Source of the DNA: Eledone cirrhosa
Taxonomy: Eukaryota
Length of the DNA: 64,000 bases
Direction of reading: 5' to 3'
Assembly: GCA_964016885.1 (NCBI GenBank)
Contig: OZ024740.1
Location: forward strand, 284,518,001 to 284,582,000
The notes under the pieces were generated by a model, which saw nothing but the letters and a program-made list of their open reading frames with translations, had not been told where the DNA came from and made no database searches. The position numbers and the translations under genes were made by a program. Positions 1 through 13,429 of the stretch are shown piece by piece (position 1 is the stretch's first letter; every line of letters begins with the position of its first letter).

Positions 1-1195
1 CTCTCCTACAATATCTACGAACCTCAAAGCGTAGGAGCTCGTGTCTCGAACAAGTCTATCTGCATGAAACAGATAAGATCGTGAGAGTTAGGAAGGAACT
101 CTTCGAGAGATATTCCCTGTGTGATAAACAAAAGCTCACACCCAGGGAAGTTGCTCAGCAGTATCGCAGTGAATCCATGGATGAAAAACTGCATGGATAT
201 GTTGCCAGGAAGCTCCAGAGTGAGAGTAATATAGATAAGGAAAGTAGTCTATCGTGGACCAACAGCCGCTATATTGGCTCCCACTTTGAAGGATACGCTT
301 TTGCAATCCAAGAACAGGAAATCAACACGAAATACCTGATTCATAAAAGAGATAGGGATGCAGGCAAAATACCTAGATGTGATACAAGTGCAGACTCTGC
401 AGAATTAACATCGAGGATATCACCCATGTCATCAGCAGCTGTCTAAAGATGTCATCGCGGTACTATCTACCTATGAGGCATGATGTAGTGTCCAAAACAC
501 TATACAATGCAATCTATAGAAAATATAGCCCCGATAATAAACTCATTAAAAGCTACAGCAATGTGGAAGACATACATATATATAATATGAAAGAGTACTG
601 GTGGAATGTTCCAGTAAAAACCCCAATAAAATGCAGGCATAACAGACCAGATATTATGATATGGGACAGGGAAAAGAAGGCATGTACAGTAGTGGAAGTT
701 AGCTGTCCAGCAGATGCCAATATAATATCAAAGATTAGCGAAAAGGAGAATATTTATGCAGAACTGATGAGAAATCTGTAGATACTCCACCCTGATTATA
801 CCTTCAGATTTATGCCTGTGATTATTGGGGCACTGGGATATGTTAGTAACTGCCTCAATACAAATCTTGAGAAGCTAGGCTTCACGGGAACAGAAAGAAC
901 ACAACTAGTTAGGAAATTACAAGTACAATCCATTAATGGAACAGTAAAAATATGTGAAACATTCCAAAAATGTTGCATCTAATAACTGCATATACACATG
1001 TACAGATACTAAGCATATACACATGCACACATACAACTCAAAACATCCACATCCACACATACAATAACATCCATATCTACACATGCATGCATGCAAACAT
1101 GCATATATATCTAACTAGTTGGTGTTGTGAGAGTCTTGTGTCTATGTTAGAAACCGGCTCTCTCTCTATTGGCAAAAATTTGTGAAATAATAAAA
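1..1195 (+). mobile_element. 3' end of an R4/Dong-like (RLE-endonuclease) non-LTR retrotransposon, decayed
   Basis: Joined reading gives FAIQEQEINT..KCRLC..EDITHVISSC (CCHC knuckle, frameshift near 385), RHDVV, HNRPDIMIWD..VVEVSCP..K and PVIIGALG (PD-(D/E)xK RLE domain). There is an in-frame TAG at 779-781, the ORF ends near 983, and the 3' UTR ends in aataataaaat. Confidence 0.88.
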
Positions 1196-1519
1196 TCAGA
1201 ACATACATACATAACTCAGTCATGTTGCTACAATAAGAAGTTCACTTTCCAGTCACAAGGTCCTGGCTTCTAACCCTACATTTGTCCCTGTAAATAGTTA
1301 TTTCTCCAAAGTTACTCACACACTTAATTTTATATGCTGAACATTTGTGAAATTATATCCTAAAAATAAATGATTAAAATATCATTTTTTATGTTTAATC
1401 ACTTCCACATGTCAGTAATCAATATAAACTACAGGGTTTCTTTTATGCAAACCATTAATATATCAAAACATAAATTTTCCATTTTGTGTGATTATTAACA
1501 TATCCAGTTATCCTGGTAT

Positions 1520-1905
1520 ATATGACCCACACTGTAAAGGGGTTGTGATGGTGACATACAAAAAGTGCCCAGCCCATACTGTAAAGTGGTCACGACAGTG
1601 ACACAACAAAATGTGCCCAGCCCACACTGTAAATTGGCCGCGATGGTGACATAGCAAAAAGTGTCCAGCCCACACTGTACAGTGGTCATGATGGTGACAC
1701 GCCAAAAAGCACCCAGCACTCACTGTAAATGAGGTTGGTGTAAGGAAGGGCATCCAGCTATAGAAACCAAGCCCAAATCAGTTCTGTATGTGCAAGACAT
1801 GGTCACCTGACCTAGCATTGCCCACAATAGGACAACCCATCTAACCCATGCTAGCGTGGAAAAATTGACATAAAACGTTGATGATGATGATCATGACGAT
1901 GATAT
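1520..1905 (+). mobile_element. RTE 3'-UTR-derived element with about four 48-bp units and a (GAT)n tail
   Basis: Repeated cccagcccacactgtaaagtgg units, then ggttggtgt(t)aggaagggcatccagc, acccatgctagcgtgga and gatgatgat. The same 3' UTR follows the RTE ORFs at 12000-12357, 16020-16322 and 62160-62463. Confidence 0.8.
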
Positions 1906-2714
1906 GGCATACCAATTCTAGTTTCCATAGAATAAATGCTATTGCTCACAATATTGACAGCATGGGTTCATTAGTTTGTTATAATGATTATAGTATGTAG
2001 TTATCTCCCCTCACTTACCTCTCATAGCCATAAGAGGGTTTCTCCAATTGTTTTTCAGTTGTTTTGCAATTCAGTTATTGCCCTTTTATTTTATTTTATT
2101 TTATTTTTTTCCAAGTATAAATTTGACTGCAATTATTTTTTACAGCCATCACTGCTCAAAATAAAGTACTTCTTTGGAAAAGTTCAGCAAAATATATATA
2201 GACACTTAATAGATTCGATATTATGTGAGATAATTATGTGAGGTAAAGCCTTTACCATGAAAATATAATAGTATATATAGAGTAATGTAATGTTAAAGAG
2301 TTAATCAAACATTCTTTGAAGGAAAGTCATAAACTAAATATATAGAAACGTGTGTATTTTTGCAATAATGAATTCTAACATAGGCACAAGGCCAAATAAT
2401 TTGGGAGAGGGTTTAGGCAGTTATATTGACTCCAGTACTTGACTAGTTACTTTTTTTATCAACTCTGGAATGATGAAAGGCAAAGTTGACTTTGGCAGGA
2501 TTTGAACCTAGAACATGTTACTAAATATCAGACAGCATTAAATCAGACAATCTACTAATTCTGCTATAAACAGCTTTTTTCTTCTTTGTTTCTATGTATT
2601 TTCCTCCTCTAAGACTGACTAAATAGATATAAGATCTGTTAGATGTGTATTTATTGTGGGAAGTTGATTACAGCTAAGAGCTAAGAGACTAAATATTCAA
2701 ACATATGCTTCAGT

Positions 2715-2925
2715 GAAAATCACACAAATGCACACACACATACACACATAAACACACACACACACATGCACATGCCCACATGTACACACATACACATGCA
2801 TGTACACACACAATGTACATATACACATACATACCCACATGCACACACACACACAGCGTGTACATACACACACATGCACACACACACACACACAATGTAT
2901 ATACGCACACTCACACACAAGACAC
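2715..2925. repeat. (CA)n-rich degenerate microsatellite
   Basis: Direct reading of the sequence. Confidence 0.9.
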
Positions 2926-3109
2926 GTACACCAGAAACATTAGGTACAGAGAAACCTCACTTCTAATCTTAGATTTGGTTAACTTCCATTTCTTCAAGAG
3001 TCCAACATTTTGTTGGGAAGCTCGTTTTATTTATTTCCACTGAATGGAAATATGACTCTTATGTAATGTTGCATTGTAAAGTGGGAGGGAGAGAGAACTA
3101 GGTTAGGGA

Positions 3110-3142
3110 AAGGGAAGAAGGAAGGAAGGAAGGAAGGAAATA

Positions 3143-3174
<32 letters not shown>

Positions 3175-3270
3175 AGGAAAGAAAGAAAGACAGAAAGAAG
3201 GGAAAAAGGAAAGACAGAAAGAACAAAAGAAAGAAAGAAAGACAGATAGATAGATAGACAGATAGATAGA
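3110..3270. repeat. (GAAG)n/(GAAA)n/(GATA)n compound microsatellite
   Basis: Direct reading; mirrored by (GATA)n/(GAAA)n at 9201-9305. Confidence 0.9.
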
Positions 3271-3959
3271 TTTCTTTATTAGCCACAAGGGCGCACAAGA
3301 AAAGGGGACAATACAAAGACATGCCGGGGATTTTACATACAGTCGTGTAAAAAATATAAAAACAAACAATTACAACAATCGAAATCTCCAATAGGGGGGA
3401 GGCGCCACAAATGGGTTGTTTAATACCCCGTAGATAGAACAACCCTCAACTTCAGGAGCGTGTTGTGCAAGTGCTCCTTTCTTCCTTTTGCTCTCTTCTT
3501 CAACCTACAGGCTTATAAACAGAGAAGGCCCAATCACTCGGGCCATTTTTGCTTCATTCACCCACCTTTCAGTAAATTTACTGGGGTGCAGTACCTCTCT
3601 CTCCACCCTGATTCTCCTTCTAAAGTGATACTTAAAGAAGGGAATCAATTGTTGTCCGGAGAGAAAGGCATCTGTCCTCAGTCCTCTCAACCTCGTCCAC
3701 CATATAACTTCTTTCACCATAGCCACCGTACAGAGGAAAACCGCCTCTCTTTCGTTTTTGAAAGAGGCTGGCGGTTTGATCCTTACTATGGACTCGGCAG
3801 TCAACTGGATTTGTCCCATAAGCGACAGCAGTTGTTCTGCATAGTTCCACAGGTCAGTTACAATTGCGTGCAGGACTGTTTCAATGTCCTGCGCGCATCT
3901 TGGACACGTCCTCTTGGAAGGATCCCTGCCGGGGCGTCCATGCCTGTAGATCTTGTCAC
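3271..3959 (-). mobile_element. 5'-truncated Tx1-clade LINE 3' fragment (second subfamily)
   Basis: ORF 3505..3819 (EAVFLCTVAMVKEVIWWTRLRGL..FFKYHFRRRIRVERE..F.ERW) is homologous to the ORF2 C-terminus at 4272-4523. The 3' end AATAAAGAAA runs into (TATC)n. Confidence 0.85.
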
Positions 3960-4271
3960 AGATAGATAGATAGATATGTTTCTATAGATAGATAGATAAC
4001 TTTCTATTTATTTGCCACCAGGGCATCAAAGATTGGGACAAATACAAGGGGGGAGTTTACATACATTTCAAAGGACGTGTAAAAACATATAACAAATCAA
4101 ATTCAACAATCGAAGTCCTCAATAGGGAGGGGGCGTTGACGTGGGTCGCACACAGCCCCGAAAAAATGTGCAACCCTCCTCCTCAGGAGCACAAAGAGCG
4201 GGTGCTCCCTTCCTCTCCTCCTCCTTCTCCTCTCTCACCTAGGGGCTGTTATAGAGAGAAGGCCCATTCAC

Positions 4272-7200
4272 TCAGGCCATTCTCGCCACTTTCACCCACC
4301 TTTCATAAAACTTGCTGGAGTAGAGCACCTCTCTCTCCATTCTGATCCTTGTTCTAAAATGGTACTTGAAAAAAAGGACCAGTAGTTGGCCGGAGAGAAA
4401 AGTGTCTGACCTCAGCCCTTTCAACCTCATCCACCATACAACCTCTTTCTCCATAGCTATCACACAGAGGAAAACCACCTCTCCTTCGTTTTTTGAAATG
4501 GGGAGGCGGTTTGATCTTGACAATGTACTCGGTGGTCAACCAAATTGGTCTCACCCGCGACAGTAGTCATTCCACATAGCCCCACAGGTCAGCAATGCCC
4601 GGGCAGTATACGAATGCGTGTGCGACGGTTTCCTCGTCACGCACGCATCTCGGACAGATCTTCTTCGAGGGGTCCCTACCCGAGCGCCCGTGTCTATAGA
4701 GCTTGTCCTGAACGGGTAGAGCTCCTCGGTAGCACTGCCAAGCCAGGGACTTTTGGAAGTTGTCCATCAGTCCCGGGCCAAACGTTCTACCGACTGGCTA
4801 GCTCGTCTTCCTCCATGCCCAGAGCCTCTCCGAGAGCGTCGTCGCACTTGCTGCGCACCGACCCTCTATAGAATATTGAGGTTGAGTCTCCACTGATTGC
4901 CAGATCCGCTTGCCAGAGGGCATGAGCGCCTGGGCACATTCAATGTGCCAGTCGCCCACTTTTCTCGGTCTTTGCTTGACCCAGGATTGCAGCTCGGTGA
5001 GTGAGACGAGTCTCGGAAAGGCTCGCCTCACAAAAGGAGCCCACACTGGCTGACCGGTGAGGAATACCTGGAGGTGCCGTAGCCTTAATGCGTGTCTACG
5101 CATCGTCAGCCACGGCACCCCCAGCCCTCCGTTCAAAGGGTCTTGACAGCAGATGGATCTTCTCACCAAAGGGGCCTGCTTCTTCCAAAGGAATCGGAAG
5201 AGCGCGTGTTCCATTTTGGCGAGCGTTTTTGCTGGGCAAGGCACGACGGTCAAGCGGTAGCAGATGACGGATGCTATATAAGTGTTCGCCACCTCCGCTC
5301 GACCTTTCAGGGATAGTTTACAGTCGGCCCACTTCTGGGTGAGTGCAAACACCCTGCCCATTACCTCGTCCCAGTTTTTCTCCACCTGGAGGTCCGGTCC
5401 AAACCAGACCCCGAGCAGCTTCACTCGTCCCTCCGTCTAGCGTCCGACGACGCCGTCGGAGGGCATCGGTTTGCCTCTCCACGTTCCGAGTTGCAAACCG
5501 ACGGACTTGTCGCGGTTCAGCTTGGCTCCTGTAAACCTTTCGTATTCCTCCAGTAAGGTGCCGATCTGCCCGATTTCCAAGGCGCACGACACCATTACTG
5601 TCACGTCATCAGTGTAGGCGACACCGCTTTCCCGGTTCCAAGGGGATTCCCTGCAACAACTCCAACTCCCGCAGTAGTGGCTCGAGAGCCAGCACATACA
5701 GAAGAGAGGAGAGAGGTCATCCCTGTCGGATGGATCGCACGATTTGGAATGGCTCCGGGTTCGTTCCCTACCCACTCTACGATGTATCGCATGAGGTGGA
5801 GGTTGTCGTGTATGGACCTGGACAGGATTGCGCATGTCTGCGCTTCTCCTACCAGGTTCCCGACGACAAACGCCAACCTCTTCGCTAACACCTTGGCCAA
5901 AATCTTTAACTCTGTGTTTAGCAGAGTTATGGGCCTGAAGTTATCTATGTCATCTCCCTTGTTCTTGTCCTTCCTCACCAGCGTGACTACGCCCTTGGTC
6001 ACAGAACTGGGAATTCTCCCATTCTGTTGCCAGTTGCAGTAGACCGCCTTGAAGAGATCGGAGAACAAGTCCAGCATCGCTACATAATGTTCGTATGGTA
6101 GACCATCGAGACCGGGAGATTTGCATTTGCCGCATAGGCTCAGCGCTTCCCCTATTTCAGCGGCTGAAATCGGCCTTTCGCAGGACTTCGCCTCCCCGTC
6201 CGAGAGCCGCGGCAGACCGTCGAGGTATGGACCGAAATCCATGGCCTCACCCAGCCCATCGCCCCTCCCGAACAGTCGTGCAAAGCGCAGGTTCAAGGAT
6301 CACACGTCCATCCTGGTCCTTCAAAGACCGAATCGTGGACTTTTTTCCACTTTTTGCCTCTGTCACTCGGGTCCAGCTAACAGCTTTGGCTCCCTCATTA
6401 CCCAGAGCACGTTATTTTACTCCTGACAACACAGCCCTCGTGCTTCGCGTCAAAGAAATGGTCTAGGGCCGTTCTTGACACCAGCACGCCGGCCACATTG
6501 CCCCTCCTAATCGTCTCTTCTACTCTATCTATCAATTCCCTTTCAGTTCTATTCCTATCTGATGCTAATTCCTGACTAAAACCTATCGATCTAATTTCTT
6601 TCTTGAGAGAGCCCCACCACCTGCTGTTGACAATTGGCCCCGTCAACCGCTGCTTAACTAGAGTACTAATCCACTTACTGTAAGCTTTGTTTGTCGGTAA
6701 GGACAAGTTTAGCTTCCAGTAACCGGGTCCTTGTCTATGGGTTCTATCAAGGTTGACCACTCCGGTCACCAACTTGTGATCCGAATAGTCAACCATGAAC
6801 ATTCGTGGACAGCTTAATATGTCCCTATCCTTATTTCTAACTAGGAACCTATCTAGGTACAACCTAGATGTTCCGCTAAGATTAGTCCACGTCCACAGTG
6901 GCACAGTCGGAAAATCTAGTCGATATCTATCGGCCAGATCAAATCGGCTGATTAACCGTTTGAGGATGTTACACCCCCCCTCTATCGGAACATACCCCTA
7001 CATAGACTCAACGTACATCCAGGATACCATTCCAGTCCCCCACTAAAAGCAAGGAGCGAGACGTTCCCAGAAAAGTCTCTAGGCATTGGAAGAAGTCCGG
7101 TCGCGGTGTCCCAGATGGGGCATACGCTGCCACCAGCCTGGAGGCTCTACCTTCCCTACTGCCTACGTCTAGAACCACCAGTCGACCCTTCGGGTCCAGG

Positions 7201-7457
7201 TGTACCTTCCGTGTTGCGAGGCCCAGGTGTTTTCGCAGCAGAACGACCACCCTGTCCCCACGCCCTGGCTGACAGAGAGATGCATAGATCTCAAAGTCGT
7301 CGAAGACGGGGGCCAGTTGGTGCTCGCTGCTGATCCTGGACTCGCAAATAGCTATCACATCCATTCTGTGCGACCTGAGGTCATTTAAGAGTTTGCCCTG
7401 CTTCCAGGACATCCCCAGGCTGCGCACATTTAAACATCCAACTCTTATAACAGCCAT
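4272..7457 (-). pseudogene. Tx1 ORF2 (endonuclease/reverse transcriptase), multiple frameshifts
   Basis: ATG at 7457 (MAVIRVG). Collinear track ORFs 7008-7667, 6398-6904, 5601-6296, 5437-5835, 4798-5424, 4567-4767 and 4272-4523. Confidence 0.88.
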
Positions 7458-7479
7458 GTTGGTGGTGAAGAGTTTAGAG

Positions 7480-8996
7480 TGGAGAAAAAGGAAAAGACAC
7501 CTACCTGTCCTTCTCCTGGGGACCAGGCTGCACAATTTCCATGGGGTGTCAGTGGGGTTGTTTGGTGGGGTGGTGGTTTGGGATGTGGTGGGGACATCAG
7601 TGTGTGGTGGGGTGGGGGTGTTTGGTGGGGGAGGGGTGTCTGGGGTGGTGGTGGGGAAATATTTCAAGAGGACGCGGTTGCTAGGTCTAGTACAGGGGTT
7701 CCCCCACGTCCTCGGGAAAGTTCTGTTTGAGCATTGCGTAGATGTCCCTTGGGACCCTAATCAATCATTTTTAAATGCAGTTTAGTTGCCGCGTTGGTGA
7801 ACATTTTCCCTTCGGTTTCCACCGAAGGGTCTTTGTCTATTGTTTGCACAAGTGTTTTGTTGTTTGTGTTGATGTATGTATACTGTTTTTGTTGTGTTGT
7901 GTTTGTTTTTGTTTGTTGTTCTTGTGTGTTTGCGTTTTGTAGTATGTGTTATGTTTTCGGGGGGGAGGGGGTTGTGATGTTTGTTCTGGTGACCACTTCT
8001 TGAACAGTGGTAGCATGAAGGCCGCCTGCCCTCAACAGAAATGTTTATGAAGGCGACTCCATCCAGGGACACACGCTGCAGTATTCTTGCTATCCGTTCT
8101 GGTCTCATTTGGACCAGAACTTCAAGGCTATTGCCACCGAATACGCCCCCGGTGGATTCCTCTATCGAAAGGATTGTGTCCTCATCTTCTAGGAATCCTG
8201 TTAGCACCCACCAAATGCGAGCATTTGGCCTGATGCCCGAGATTCTTATCTTTTGAGTTCTTTTCCCCAAATATGTGGGGGAAAAGGTGTATGCTTTGGA
8301 TACAATTGGCGACACAGAATATTTCCGTGCCGCCAATTCATCTTGCATTAAAACAGATATGCTTCCATACAGTTTCCCTTTGTGTATGAAAGCGATATCC
8401 TTCCAGGCACTACTTAGGACCAACTCAATTTCGCTTTGGGACAATTGAGCCGGTTTCCTAGTCGTGTTCAAAACTGTCCTAAAGATTACGGTCCTGAGGA
8501 CTGTGTCCCTTCTAATTTCTTCGGGGGAGGTAATTGTGAATTCCCCACCTTCCCCGAAACTTACACAATTCCTTGCTTCTTTCAGCAATTTCTTGGCATT
8601 CGAGATGTCCAGTGCCTTGTAAGTCTGCGTTTCTCGAACCGCCTGTGCGAAGGAGACTGCAGCTGTGGGTCCGTTTTCTTTTGTATTGTTTTCATTGTTG
8701 TTGTTGTTATTCGTGTTGGTTTACTTTTTTCCTTTGTTGGTGTTGTCATTATTGCTGTTTTTGGTTGTGTTGTTATTGTCATTGTTGCTGTTGTTGGTTG
8801 TGTTGTTATTGTCATTGTTGTTCTTGTTTGTGTAATTGTTACTTTTGGGGTTTTCACCCATTTCTACAATTTTTTCTTTTGATTCCATTGTGTCTTTTGC
8901 GGGAGTGAGGAGGGAAGGCTTACAGCGTTGTGCTGCTACCTTCTCTCTATCACTTTCCTTGGGGGGGGTGGCATGAGTCGTATTAATGGCGTCCAT
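7480..8996 (-). pseudogene. Tx1 ORF1 (gag-like, zinc knuckle, low-complexity N/T/P-rich linkers), disrupted
   Basis: Probable start MDAINTTHATPP at 8996. ORF 7782..8588 contains CYHCSRSGH and lies upstream of ORF2. Confidence 0.7.
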
Positions 8997-9200
8997 TGTC
9001 ACTAAACGACTTTTTATCGACAACTTATAACTATTAAATTTCGCCCCAAAAAGGGGCAAAATTTATTATACCCAACGTTTGCAGGCCCAGGCGAGGGGTT
9101 AAACACAACAAATAACAAATTACTTAAACAAACCTACTGCTTCTCGTAATAAATTCCGACAAAATGCAGGAGCGAAACAAAAACACGTCTATCTTCTCCG

Positions 9201-9251
<51 letters not shown>

Positions 9252-9260
9252 GAGAGGGGG

Positions 9261-9303
<43 letters not shown>

Positions 9304-9540
9304 AAAGAGAGAAGTCAAAAAGTAGTTGAATAAGATGAAACAAATAATTAAGAAAGGAAAATGGAAAATAGAAAATGAAAGGAAAACAAAAGGGAGAAAA
9401 AGAAAGATGGAAAGAAGAAGAAAAGAAGGAATGAAAAGAAAGATCTATTTACTTCTCACATTGGCACAAGGTCACAAATTTGGGAGGATGATGTATCAGT
9501 GGTTGAATTGACCCCAATACAAGCATGGTACTTATTCTAT

Positions 9541-9870
9541 GTGAAGGTGCATGGCTTAGTGGTAAGAAAGTTGGGCTTACAATCATGAGATAGTAAGTTC
9601 AATTCCCGGACTGCGCCGTATGTTGTTTCCTTGAGCAAAACACTTTATTTTGTGTTGCTCCAGTTCACTCAACTATAGAAATGAGTTGCGACATCATTGG
9701 TAACAAGCTGTATTGGCCTCACCCTTTCCCTTGATCAAGATCAGAGTCGTGGAAATGGATGACTGGTATGCATGTGCGACTGCTGGTCTTCCACAAAACA
9801 CTTTGCCTAGGAGAGGGAATTTTCGAGGTGCAAATCCCATGGTCATTTGTGACCGAAAGGGTCTTAAAAA
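9541..9870 (+). mobile_element. tRNA-derived SINE with CORE-like domain (family B)
   Basis: A box TGGCTTAGTGG, B box AAGTTCAATTCC, then tgtttccttgagcaaaacact..ttgctccagt. Related copies at 17648-17730 and 30110-30230. Confidence 0.75.
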
Positions 9871-9889
9871 AACTTATTTCATGAAACCC

Positions 9890-10065
9890 TAGATGAGGAA
9901 CTTTCTTATGTTAAAGCATCATTTTTTGCCCACAATGAATCTAGTTGACTCTCCCCTCCATCTAGTCTCTTTTACTTAGCATGCATCAACTCCATAATCT
10001 ACCTGATCATCCTTTCATTGTGCCTACATTGACAGTACTAGCTCTGAAGTTATGAAGTTCACCAG
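9890..10065 (-). mobile_element. Highly decayed RTE 5' (endonuclease N-terminus) fragment
   Basis: Minus strand reads ASTVNVGTMKG*SG..ETRWRG..., typical of the start of an RTE APE domain. Confidence 0.5.
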
Positions 10066-10561
10066 AAGGGAGTGGGGAAGAGGATGAAAGCTTGAAGAAG
10101 ATAGTGGGAAATGAATTTGTGTAGGTTTTAGTTTTCCATGTATGAAATAAAAAGGAGTGTTTCCATATTCAACTTTAGGAGGCTCAAATTTACCATCTCT
10201 GTAGTCCATTCTTCATATGAAACAACAACCAGGTCTATAACAATGTTTAGGAGGAGTAATATCAGAAATAGTAACTTTTGCAATAAAAATATGGATTATT
10301 GAAACATATTATGGGCTGCTGAGTTTTGATTGGTCCAAATGGCTATGATGGTGCATGGGGACAAGTGTGAGGGAAAATGAATGACTTTAAAAGAAGACAT
10401 AAGAAAAAAAGGAGCTAGTCTCTGTGTGAGAGATTGGGGTAAGAAGATGGGATATTTTTGATTTTCGATTAAGATCATAGGAAAATTACTGATAGGAAAT
10501 AACAAATTTTGAGACCTGAAAAATAGTAATGTATATAAATGGACTAGACTAATATATATGT

Positions 10562-12357
10562 ATAGAGAGAAGCATTAAATTAATTGACCAGGTCATGAAG
10601 GTCACAGAAAGAGTTATACCGCAACTAATCAGAGAGCGAATTGATCTAGATGAAATGCAGTTTGGGTTTGTGTCAGGTAAAAGTGCCATGGGTGCTCTTT
10701 TCCTTGTACGACAACTACAGGAGAAGTACCTAGCTAAAAGTAAACCCCTATACTTAGCTTTTGTTGACTTGGAGAAAGCTTTTGACAGAATCCCATGCCC
10801 CATTATCTGGTGGGCTCTCAGAAAACTAGGTGTTGATGAATGGCTTGTGAGAGCTATACAAGCCATGTATAAAGAAACAGTCAGCAAGGTTAGAATTAAC
10901 AACGAATATAGTGAAGAATTGAGCATAAAAGTTGGTGTTCATCAGGGCTCTGTCCTTAGCGCCCTCCTATTTATTATTGCCCTTCAGGCTATAACAGAGG
11001 AGTTCAAGACCGGCTGCCCATGGGAACTTCTATATGCAGATAATCTAACGCTCATAGCTGAATTAATGGTTGAACTAAAGAAGAAATTCTAAACACGGAA
11101 GCATGGCCTAGAATCAAAAGGCCTTAACATTAACTTGTCTAAGACTAAAGTTCTAGTATGTAGGAAGGAAAATAGGGCACAGGTCCCCTCTGGGAAATGG
11201 CCATGCTCAGTGTGTAGGAAAGGAGTAGGCAGAAACTCCATTTTATGTCCCAAATGCAAAGTATGGGTGCATAAAAGATGTAGTAGGATCACAGGTAAGC
11301 TAACTAAGAACATAGATTTTATATGTGGTCGGTGCTCAGGTGCAATAAGTAGTAGCAAGTGCCCACAGGATACTAGCTCCTTCCATTGCCCAGATGGTTC
11401 TATAGAAAGAGTGGACACCTTCCGTTACCTGGATGACAAAATCAGCAGTGGTGGAGGGTGCTCTGAAAGTACAGTAGCTAGAGTCAGAACGGGATGGAAA
11501 AAGTTCAGAGAGCTTATACCACTATTGGCCACTAAAGGTTTCTCTCTAAAAATGAAAGGCAGACTGTATGATGCCTGCATAAGAACAGCAATACTACATG
11601 GCAGTGAGACATGGGCATTGTGTGCAGAGGATCTGCGCAGACTGGAGAGGAATGAAGATTGCATGCTCCGTTGGATGTGTAATAGTAATATACGTGACCG
11701 GCAAAGCATAAATGAACTAAGTGAGAAATTAGGAATAAGAGGGATCAGATGCTTTTTACTTGAGAGAAGACTACGATGGTATGGTCACGTGATGCACATA
11801 AAAGACGACAGCTGTATAAAAAAGAGCAGGGCGATCAAAATTGATGGTAGCTACGGAGTAGGCAGACCCAGAAAAACCTAGGATGATTTGATAAATTCCG
11901 ACCTTACACACTTACACTTCTCCAAGACAATGTCACTGGACCGAGATCGTTGGGGCTATGCAGTAAGTACAAAGCGAAACCTACAGTCAGTAGGCACCTC
12001 TTAATCAAAAATACATCCCCATCCCACTATCCCTACCCCCACCCCCATCTACACCACCACTTTCTCTGTAAAGTTATGTTGGTACTACAACATCCCGTCC
12101 TTAATAAATGAGGTTGTGAAGGTCTCACAACAAAAAAACACACAGTCCACGCTGTAATGTGGCCGTGTAGGTAACACGGTAAAAACCTCCCAGTCCACAC
12201 TGTAAACGTGGTTGGTGTTAGGAAGGGCATCCAGCCGTAGAAAACCTGCCACACAGTCCTATATGAGCAAGACAACCAAACTTGCCTCAAGTGGGACAAT
12301 TCCCGTCTAAATTCATGCTAGCGTGGAAGATAGACGTTAAATGATGATGATGATGAT
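10562..12357 (+). mobile_element. 5'-truncated RTE LINE (RT C-terminal half, 3' UTR, (GAT)n tail)
   Basis: MQFGFVSG, AFVDLEKAFD, GVHQGSVLS, LLYADNL, LHGSETW, RLRWYGHV, GRPRKT, with in-frame stops; the tail is at 12342-12357. Confidence 0.93.
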
Positions 12358-12366
12358 AGTATATAC

Positions 12367-12406
<40 letters not shown>

Positions 12407-12667
12407 ATGTGTGCGTGCGTGTGTGTACATGCGTGTGTGTGTGCATGTGTGTGTGTGTGTATAATACAATAAAGAGAGACAAACACAGATATATACATAT
12501 ATGCATTCAAATTACAATATATACTTTTGATAAATTGATCTCCTGTGCTTTTGTTGAGCTTTTATATGTTGAATGGATCTGGCTGTTATTTTTTAGTAGC
12601 TTACGTTCTATTTGACCTGCTAGGCACGCGATACCACGTGCCTTTTCTCTCTCTTAACACACGTCTG

Positions 12668-13046
12668 GATTGGCAGTATCGGTAGAGGGTCGGACGCCAT
12701 GCTTTGACGTATAGAGTTACGGCCCTTGCCATTCTGAGTTCAAATCCCGCCGAGGTTAACTTTGCCTTTCATCCTTACGGGGTCGATAAAATAAAGTACC
12801 AGTAATGCACTGGGTAATTGCTGGCCTTGTGCCAAAAGTAGAAACAATTATTTAGTCTTCTAATCGGTAGAGGGTCAGACGCCATGCTTTCTAGCATAGT
12901 TACGTCCCTTTACGATCTGAGTTCAAATCCCGCCGAGGTTGACTTTGCCTTTCATCCTTACGGGGTCGATAAAATAAAGTACCAGTAATGCACTGGGTAA
13001 TTGCTGGCCTTGTGCCTAAAGTAGAAACAATTATTTAGTCTTCTAA
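12668..13046 (+). mobile_element. Two tandem copies of young tRNA-derived SINE family A (~185 bp)
   Basis: A box TGGCAGTATCGG, B box GAGTTCAAATCCC, central gcctttcatccttacggggtcgataaaataaagtaccag, tail gtagaaacaattatt. The second copy is flanked by the direct repeat ttatttagtcttctaa (12848-12863 and 13031-13046). Confidence 0.9.
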
Positions 13047-13076
13047 GGAATTTATAGTGGAGAGATTACTGGCCTG

Positions 13077-13157
13077 AACATCCATTGAAGAGCATTGGAT
13101 CTTTAACTCTCTTCACTGAATTGCCGAAACAGTTCTACCCAAAGCTGTCTGGATATT
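13077..13157 (+). ncRNA. Degenerate type I hammerhead ribozyme motif
   Basis: aacatcca-TTGAAGA-gca..tgcc-GAAACagtt..agctGTC-tggatatt. Stems I and III pair; core C3 is T and stem II is imperfect. Confidence 0.55.
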
Positions 13158-13429
13158 GATAGTTATCATAATCGGTTTTTAAATCTTAATTTATCCTTTT
13201 AATGGAGTCTTGTGAACCTTATTATCTTTAGTCAGTATTTTCTTCACTCTGGCATTTGTGATTTGAACGCATATATGTATATATTTGTGTTTGTCTCTTT
13301 TTATTGTATTATAAGGCTCGTAAAATTTTTTCCTGAGCTATTTTGATTATAAGGGACTAATGTGAGTTTTTAACTCAATATACGCTTTTGATATATATAT
13401 ATATATGTGTGTGTGTGTGAGTGTGTGTG

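Larger units (their letters stand above)
3999..9200 (-). mobile_element. Near full-length, frameshifted Tx1/L1-clade non-LTR retrotransposon (ORF1 + APE-RT ORF2)
   Basis: ORF2 pieces: MAVIRVGCLNVRSL..AICESR..AYAP..VGDWN (APE), LDRFLV..SDHKLV..GPGYWKLN, KSPGLDGLP..NFRPITLLNTELKILAKVLAKRL, AYTDDVTV, KLLGVWFG (RT) and CPRC..EETVAHAFVYCP (CCHC). ORF1 pieces include a VEGRRPSCYHCSRSGH knuckle. Both ends abut (GATA)n. Confidence 0.92.

Noticed and set aside
12668-12760. tRNA genes suggested by A and B boxes
   Set aside because: No cloverleaf with a proper acceptor stem; always followed by the same body and tail, so these are SINE heads.
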